A DNA stretch of 52,552 nt from Catajapyx aquilonaris (Eukaryota), in NCBI GenBank assembly GCA_000934665.2, contig KZ538165.1, forward strand, positions 62,001-114,552, in the 5' to 3' direction. The position numbers and the translations under genes were made by a program. The stretch's first letter is position 1, and each line of letters starts with the position of its first letter. Below, piece by piece: positions 45,573-52,552 of this stretch. The notes beneath the pieces are model-generated. The model saw only the letters and a program-made list of their open reading frames with translations. It ran no database searches and had not been told where the DNA came from.

Positions 45573-48500
45573 ATGGTAAGTATTTGTGGGTTAGTGTGCC
45601 TTGTAGGCTACTGATTGAGGCAAGAGTTCATCTTGGGAGTAGTACGGCAATACATTCAGCTCCACGAATGCAAAATCCAGCGTTAGACATTTCGCAAAAA
45701 AAAAGGGGGGGGGNNNNNNNNNNNNNNNNNNNNNNNNNNNNNNNNNNNNNNNNNNNNNNNNNNNNNNNNNNNNNNNNNNNNNNNNNNNNNNNNNNNNNNN
45801 NNNNNNNNNNNNNNNNNNNNNNNNNNNNNNNNNNNNNNNNNNNNNNNNNNNNNNNNNNNNNNNNNNNNNNNNNNNNNNNNNNNNNNNNNNNNNNNNNNNN
45901 NNNNNNNNNNNNNNNNNNNNNNNNNNNNNNNNNNNNNNNNNNNNNNNNNNNNNNNNNNNNNNNNNNNNNNNNNNNNGGTTCCCAAGAGAGGGCGTTCTTA
46001 AGTAGTCATTTCTGACCCTCTTATATACCCCAGAGCGTTTCTCTTGGCCATGGGCAGAAAAAGGGAGTGCAAATCTGCCTGGACATGTCGGGTGAAAAGC
46101 AGAAAAAGACCCGACCAAGCGAAGGTGACTGTCTGACGTGGGCGGGATTTGAACCCCGGACCTCGGCTGGCCAGTAGAATATCCACTAGACCACCATGCC
46201 CTCCGCCTCCAGTGACTTTCATCTGTTCGAATATATTTAAAAAGTCCCTTCGCCGATGCCATTTCGAGGACATTGTTGACTGTGAAGAGTTGTCCGGGAG
46301 TCGATGCGCCGCACCACCAAAAAGTGGTTCCTGGAGGGCCTCGAGAGGTTGACCAGTGCCAGTGCATTCAGCTCCAGGAGGATTCTATCTATAATGTGTG
46401 CCTATTTTTAGACCTGCATGGGCGTTGTGTCTGTGGCTAAAAACAAATTGTAAATCATCGTGGTACCGCCCTCGTACATATGAGAGTGCAAGTCTTTCTC
46501 TAATTTTAGACATAGTCACCATACGCTGTACTTGCTTTGGAGGTTCATGTACTAAAATTAGAAATTAGTCATCATACACTCTGATGGTGCACTTGTCCCA
46601 CCAGGACACTAGTTTTCCCATGCCACTGCAGAAAAAAGTGTCAAGCTGGGTGGGAACCCAGTGGTTGACGCCCTCTTTCACTTCCTCAATGTCACTGTTA
46701 AAGTGCTGACTGGCCAGGTACTTCTTCATTGGTACAAAATGATGGTCTTAACCATGGTCTACCATCTCTTCGGACCAGAAAAGAAGCATTTGGCCAGTCA
46801 GTACTTCAGCGATATCAAGGAAATGAAAGAGGCCATCAGCCACTGGTTTCCCAGCCAGCCCGATGCTTTTTTCTGCAGTGGCATGGAAACACTAGTGTCC
46901 CGCTGGGACAATTAGTGCACCAGAATGTACGGTGACTATGTCTAAAAATTAAGAAAGACTTGCCCTTTCTTATGTATATGAAGACCTCAAGAGAAAAAAG
47001 GTCAAGGTCCACTTTTTGTCAAAAATGAGTTACATATCTCACATCAGAAGATAGTTTCGCTAGCCTAGAATATGATTGTTTGGTCGTGGTTGTGGAGTAA
47101 TGATCATAGGTCACTATGGAAGGCCCCAAAAGTGGGATTTACATAATTGGAGCCCTATGGGCCTTCGAAATTTAAAATGGGACTATCTCTGTTTCACCTG
47201 AGGTGGACCTTCATATTTTTTCTCCCGAGTTCTTCATATGTCAGTTTCAGTGTATGTAGTGACGCTTTGGAATTAAAAAAGTTGTGAATTATTTTTTGAT
47301 TCGCCCTTGTATTTAGATTCTGAGGATCGATGCTAAGTAGCTGTGAAGTCTTCCTTGTAAACCAATAAGTTTTTGAGTAGTCATTGCAGGCATTTGCTAG
47401 ACAATAACTGCATTTTACAATGGTACCATATTTTGTAAGCCCATGTCTTGCACTTTTGCTGCCAAGCATATCCTTTTGTCTTTTGTTCACTTCCTCGCGT
47501 CTTGCTTGCCAAATATTTTTTCAAGGTTGTGAAACAAATGAAAATAATCTTGTGTGTAGTTCTTGGTAGAGTACACCTGGACCATTATCTGATCGTGCTA
47601 CTCAATGTTCCTGTTTGAACTGTTGGACACTTGGAGTAAAGCTTGCATATGAACTGCCATGTTCAGTCAGGCATTATCGTGGGTCCCAACAGTTCAATGG
47701 GAACATCTTTCAGAAACCTCTAAACCAGACCTTTTACTGGTCGCAACCCCTTTTATGATAGTCAAGTAACCCGCGACACACACACACCCCACCCTACCCC
47801 GAGTGTTAGTAGGGGTTGAAAAAAACCTTCGTGGTGAAATTTCCTATAAAATTTATTTTTATTTTAAAACTTTTTATTGATTTATTAACTTATCAAAATT
47901 ACTGCGGCCATGCGCGACACCCCCCCCCNCCCCCCTCCCGGAAAAGGCTTTGCGACCCCCCCAGGTTGGGAACTGCTGCACTAAACAGTCTAATCCAGGG
48001 TTTCTTAACCTTTTTGCCCTTGCAGAACCCTTAACCCTTTGACGGAGGAGTTTTTTTTGGCAGTTTTTTTCTTTTCTTGATGAAAATTTGTAGTAGGAGT
48101 GATATTAATGAAAAACAATATGATCCCATATTTATCATTTTAACTGGGTCCTTTTGACCTTGGCTGCAACTTTTTATCAATGTGATGAAAAAGAGAAGCT
48201 CGTGCTACTTTTGGCAGAGTGGGCAAAGGTCGTCATGAACGTTTGTGATTTTCGATATCTCCTGCCACCTTATGCCATATATTAGAAGCAATACCACATT
48301 ATTTTGCCCCATTTACGCACTTTCCCCGCTTGACCCTAATTGAAATTAACCATGTTCCCTCTACCATTTACTTTACATCTGCCCTATCTTTTGTTCTCCC
48401 TGTAAATCCTTCTTATTTAACCTACCTAATTTCCCTCCAGATCAGCTCCACTACTTGTTTAAATCCTTGTCTTCTGAGGAAGCTTTTCTTCTTTATATGA

Positions 48501-51500
48501 GGGGCGTTAGGAAAGTATTTACACTTAATTTCTTTTGTCACAAATACAGGACCCATACAGGTTGGCAGATAGGTGCACATTACCAATAGAATCCTCCTGG
48601 AGCCACATGCACTGGCATCAAGGGTATGTCAACATCTCCAGGCCCTCTAGGAACAATTTTTTGGAGGTGCGGCGCACCAGGGCCACCTAGAGACAAGGCC
48701 GGGGCGCGGGAACGGGTGGATCGCTGTGATGTCACGCTAGGGGGCTAGCTTTTCCATAAGCGGGCTATGGCAGGAGCACGTTTTTGTACACATTTCAGCG
48801 AATTTCGTCATGCCAATGCATCGGAGGCCCATGACACCCTCTAATTGATGTCAGTGAAAGAATGTGGGGATTCCAACGGCACCAAATTCGATTTAGTATG
48901 TGTGCAATGTGTCTGCATATTCGGCGATATATAAGACGAAGGATGTCAGGCATGAGGAAGAAGTGCAGGATTAATTAATAACAATGGAGTTTTAAATTAT
49001 AAAGTATTAATTTTAATATTATTTCATATTTCCAATTTTGCGGAAAGAGTCCAAACGTAACATGCAAGTTATACTCATAAGCATTGAACCAAAATTAGCA
49101 CATTACACAACATAATACCATTTAGCTCTTGATAATTACATACAGTACATACCCAACACTTGTAGGCCAATTGTACAACAATTTTGTAGACCAGTGTTAT
49201 CTAAATCAGAGTGGATAATTTCGAGGGAGTAAGTAATTGACATCTGGACGAAGGACAGCTGGGTTCTCCCCCACCATTTACTACTGTCAAACAAAAACAT
49301 GTGCGATTTTTTCACATCGTTGGAATCACCAAATCATTCCCCAGATATCAATTAGAGGGTGTTATGATCCTCCGGTGCATTGGCATGAAAATAATAAAGA
49401 AAACGTGTCCAAAAATGTGCTCCCGCCATAGTCCGCTTACGGAGGAGCTCGCCCCCTAGCGTGACGTCATGATTCCGGCGCCCGGGCCTTGTCTCTAGGT
49501 GGCCCTGGGCGCACCCACTCCCAGACAATGCTTCCTGTTCAAGAATGTCCTCGAAATGGTGTCGGCGCAGGTTTTTTTTTTCTCGGGGATCTGGCTTTTG
49601 GTGCTTCCACACCCGCCGTACTCCCCCTGTTCAGATCCATGAAAATACCCCTCCACCAATGCCATTTCGAAGACATTGTTGAACAGGAAGCAGTTGTCCG
49701 GGAGTGGGTGCACCGCACCACCAAAAAGTGGTTCCTGGAGGGCCTGGAGAGGTTGCCCCACCTGTGGTGCAGTGCATTCAGCTCCAAGAGGGTTCTATCG
49801 ATAACGTGGGCCTACCTGCCGACCTGAATACGCCCTGTATTTGTGGCAAATAAATAAAGTGAAGACTTTCCTAACGCCCCTTGTAATTTCTTCGAAAAGG
49901 TGGCCAAACTATGCGATTAATTCTCAATCTCTCCCTCCCCCCCTGCTTTTGTAATTTGCCCTATCCATAACAGTCCTTTCTTGTTAGTTCACATCACATG
50001 GGTTTTGAAAAACATGCCTACATTGGTTAAATGATTGTAATTAATTACGTGTCTGGAGTCTGTCCCCCTAAAAAGACGCCGCCCTACAATGGGGAAACTG
50101 AAATAAAAATATATTGCAAACTATTGCTCGAAGAAGAGGTTTTACATACTATTCATATTTTATATTTTAGCCCAAAGCACCAAAGGCCAAGGTTGGTGAA
50201 AAGAAGAAGTCAGTTCATCCAAACAGTCGAAAGGTTATGCAGGCTTCCCGCCAAGCTGAAAGGGCTCGTCGTCTTGAACAGAGCAAAAGCAATGGTGCCA
50301 TGAAAAGGAATGTGCTTGCTGAGAAGGTGATGTGGTTCAGAGACAACCTGGACCCCAGGTTTGGAAATAGCTACACACCTGCTGCCACGTTGGCCATCAT
50401 TAAGAAGTATCTGGCAAGGTTTGAGTTGGAATTGGAGCAGATTGAGATAAAAAACGCAATTGGGAAGCGGTCAGCAACTAGGGCACATGCAAGCAGAGAA
50501 GATACCATCCAACATGTCCAGAAGTGTGAGAAAGAGGAGCTGATGACTAGTGGTTTTGGTATGATACAGATTTTAAAACAGCTCTTGATTTTTAAAATGC
50601 GCTATGGGGTGAAACCTGCATACTCTGGAATTGCTTAGTCTTGAAACATTTCCTCATAATTAACAAGTTTCCATTGTATAAGGCAGTACTAAACTTTCAA
50701 ATGTTTTCCTATGGCTCATTCACGTTCGAGAATTTATGCCACTGGGTCCATAATTTGTGCCAAACCAGCCAAACCAGGCCGGCCTCTCTCTGTAAACAAT
50801 GGGCTTAATCTCACCCCTAATTGAAATGAACCATGTTCCCTCTACCATTTACTTTACATCTGCCCTGTCTGTTCTCCCCAAGAGTTAAGTTATGGATCTT
50901 AACATTAATTTTGCTACTGTCAAGTTTTTTTATACTATTGATGAACCTTAAAATTCTTTCCTTTTCTGCAGTAGAAGAGTTATGTTATATCCAACAAAAA
51001 ATCAAAGAAAATTCTAATTCACACCGAGGACCACAAAATTGTTCTGGCTATTAGATAAGCTTCTATTGTATGCAGGGTTTCCTCCAGGCAGGTTTCATTG
51101 CTATAGAAGAATAGTTGGTAAGTCACTCACCTTATTTGAGATTGTGGGTATGTTCATAAATCAACAGTTTGCTCATGATTGACTCAATAATCCCATTGAC
51201 CTGAGAAGGTACTGACTGCCACAGTAATATTTGCTGTCAAGATGGCATCAACCAAGTAATGAAGTACTGACCCTTGTAAAGGCTGGTTCAGTAACAAGTC
51301 ATGTAATATAAAATCCTATATTACCATCTTATACATATAAGGGGTCGTCCATAAACCACGTGACAGATTTTCGGGCACTTTTTGACCCCCCCCCCCTCCC
51401 CCCCAGTGACCGACTGTGGTATCCATTTGACCCNNNNNNNNNNNNNNNNNNNNNNNNNNNNNNNNNNNNNNNNNNNNNNNNNNNNNNNNNNNNNNNNNNN

Positions 51501-52080
51501 NNNNNNNNNNNNNNNNNNNNNNNNNNNNNNNNNNNNNNNNNNNNNNNNNNNNNNNNNNNNNNNNNNNNNNNNNNNNNNNNNNNNNNNNNNNNNNNNNNNN
51601 NNNNNNNNNNNNNNNNNCCCCCCCCTCCCCCCAAAACGGTCACGTGGTATATGGATGACCCCTAAATGGGCTTTTGATTTTCCTCTTCAAACTGTTTGAA
51701 GGTTGTGTACTGCATGTCCTGCCATCTTGAATCAGCAGAATCATTCCTAATGCCCTCACTGTTTGAGTGAGCAAATAAGTTTAGGAATGCTTCTGCAGAT
51801 AGCAATGGAACCCAGAGTGATAATTTTTCTGTTGACTTAGGTATGTAGCCTACTCTATACTTTAGTTGGCTTCATGGCATTGTACTGTAAATTGTAAAAT
51901 GAAACTTTGGCAGCTAACTAAGTTTCTCTTAATGCAGAAATACCAGACCTTCTTGATCCTGAGACTGTTCAGAGTCTGCGCTCCTGGAATGGACAACTTC
52001 GTTTCCTGCCTAACATCACAATGAAACGTTTTAAGGAGGATGAATTGAAGGGGAAAATTTTTGATGGAAATGAAGGTTGA
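45573..52080 (+). CDS. TMA16: Translation machinery-associated protein 16 (pre-60S assembly factor): ATG 45573-45575, 50171-50558, 51938-52080; 177 aa
   Basis: M|PKAPKAKVGEKKKSVHPNSRKVMQ...EKVMWFRDNLDP...KYLARFELELEQIEIKN...HASREDTI...GF|EIPDLLDPET...WNGQLRFLPNITMKRF matches recalled TMA16 motifs (HPxSRK, EKLxWF, YLxRF, GxEIPD, LPNIxM). The ATG|GTAAGT exon end lies in a CpG-rich promoter-like region. Confidence 0.92.
45978..46210 (-). mobile_element. tRNA-derived SINE (family D), tail in a gap
   Basis: Homologous to 36089-36325. Confidence 0.85.
46476..46977. mobile_element. Mariner-derived fold-back MITE (two inverted 3' ends)
   Basis: Inverted arms; plus arm reads FFCSGMETLVSRWDN*C...GDYV, a mariner C-terminus. 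Confidence 0.8.
48498..49883. mobile_element. Mariner-derived fold-back element in TMA16 intron 1
   Basis: TA|TGAGGGGCGTTAGGAAAGT...ACTTTCCTAACGCCCCTTG|TA; arms carry mariner 3'-end coding remnants (KWFLEGLERLPHLW); related fragment at 46210-46474. Confidence 0.82.
50171..50558 (+). CDS. TMA16: TMA16 exon 2
   Basis: TTTTAG acceptor, G|GTATGA donor; contains ORF 50237-50638. Confidence 0.94.
51341..51662. mobile_element. PIF/Harbinger-type MITE (gap inside)
   Basis: TAA TSD; TIR GGGGTCGTCCATAAACCACGTGAC; same family as 27902-28208. Confidence 0.85.
51938..52080 (+). CDS. TMA16: TMA16 last coding exon
   Basis: ATGCAG acceptor; EIPDLLDPETVQSLRSWNGQLRFLPNITMKRF...EG*. Confidence 0.93.
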
Positions 52081-52552
52081 TGAGTGATGATGTGGTTTCA
52101 TTTACTTTAAATTATTTTCAAGAGAAGTTATTCACCATTAATCACTGATTCAAGAACTACATGAAAATAATTGTCTGAAGCTGAAATCCACATATAGGAA
52201 CCAGAACCATTATTATCATAAGTTGGTCCTGATATTTGATTTACCATTGATTTCACATTATATAGTACTCTAATGTTGAAGGTTACGTATGGAGATGGTC
52301 CAGGTTAATTCAAAACAGTTCGTGTCATGGGTATGTTGCATATGCCTCATTGATTTTTCCATTTTTGTGGTGCTATCTGAAATACATGTAAGATCCTTTC
52401 AAATGTTCATAAGAGACTGCTCGAACATGCAGGAATTTGTCTTAGGGTGAAGTGGGGGAAGTGCACACCCGGGGTAAGTGCACATATTGTGCCGCCATAT
52501 TGGAATGAAAATGGCTGACGACACCAAAACGCGTCAGCTATGTAGCTGGACT

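Noticed and set aside
48334..48400. About 65-bp direct repeat also present near 50815-50880
   Set aside because: Probably fragments of a dispersed repeat; no termini or coding motif recognised.

Overview
Eukaryotic, intron-rich, repeat-dense genomic DNA. An invertebrate, probably an arthropod, is inferred from the SINE/MITE types and a DRE motif. Protein-coding content is three genes. (1) A complete HID1 gene on the minus strand: 16 coding exons, 22262 to 3271, about 855 aa, all introns GT-AG with matching phases, including a low-complexity 42-codon exon absent from the human sequence as recalled. (2) A canonical TMA16 (pre-60S ribosome assembly factor) on the plus strand, 45573-52080, 177 aa. 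(3) A diverged but still open TMA16 paralog upstream of it, 28870-34559, about 164 aa, which has lost the basic N-terminus and lies head-to-head with HID1. Almost all other sequence is nested transposon debris: decayed Tc1/mariner and Tigger elements; many fold-back MITEs with readable TIRs/TSDs (TA; TTAA Kolobok- and piggyBac-like; 8-bp hAT; TAA PIF/Harbinger); tRNA-derived SINEs with interchangeable 3' stem-loop tails; two tandem Helitron-like units; microsatellites; a perfect 68-bp palindrome; and five N-gaps next to G/C runs. Coordinates were read by eye and family names come from recalled motifs, not database searches.
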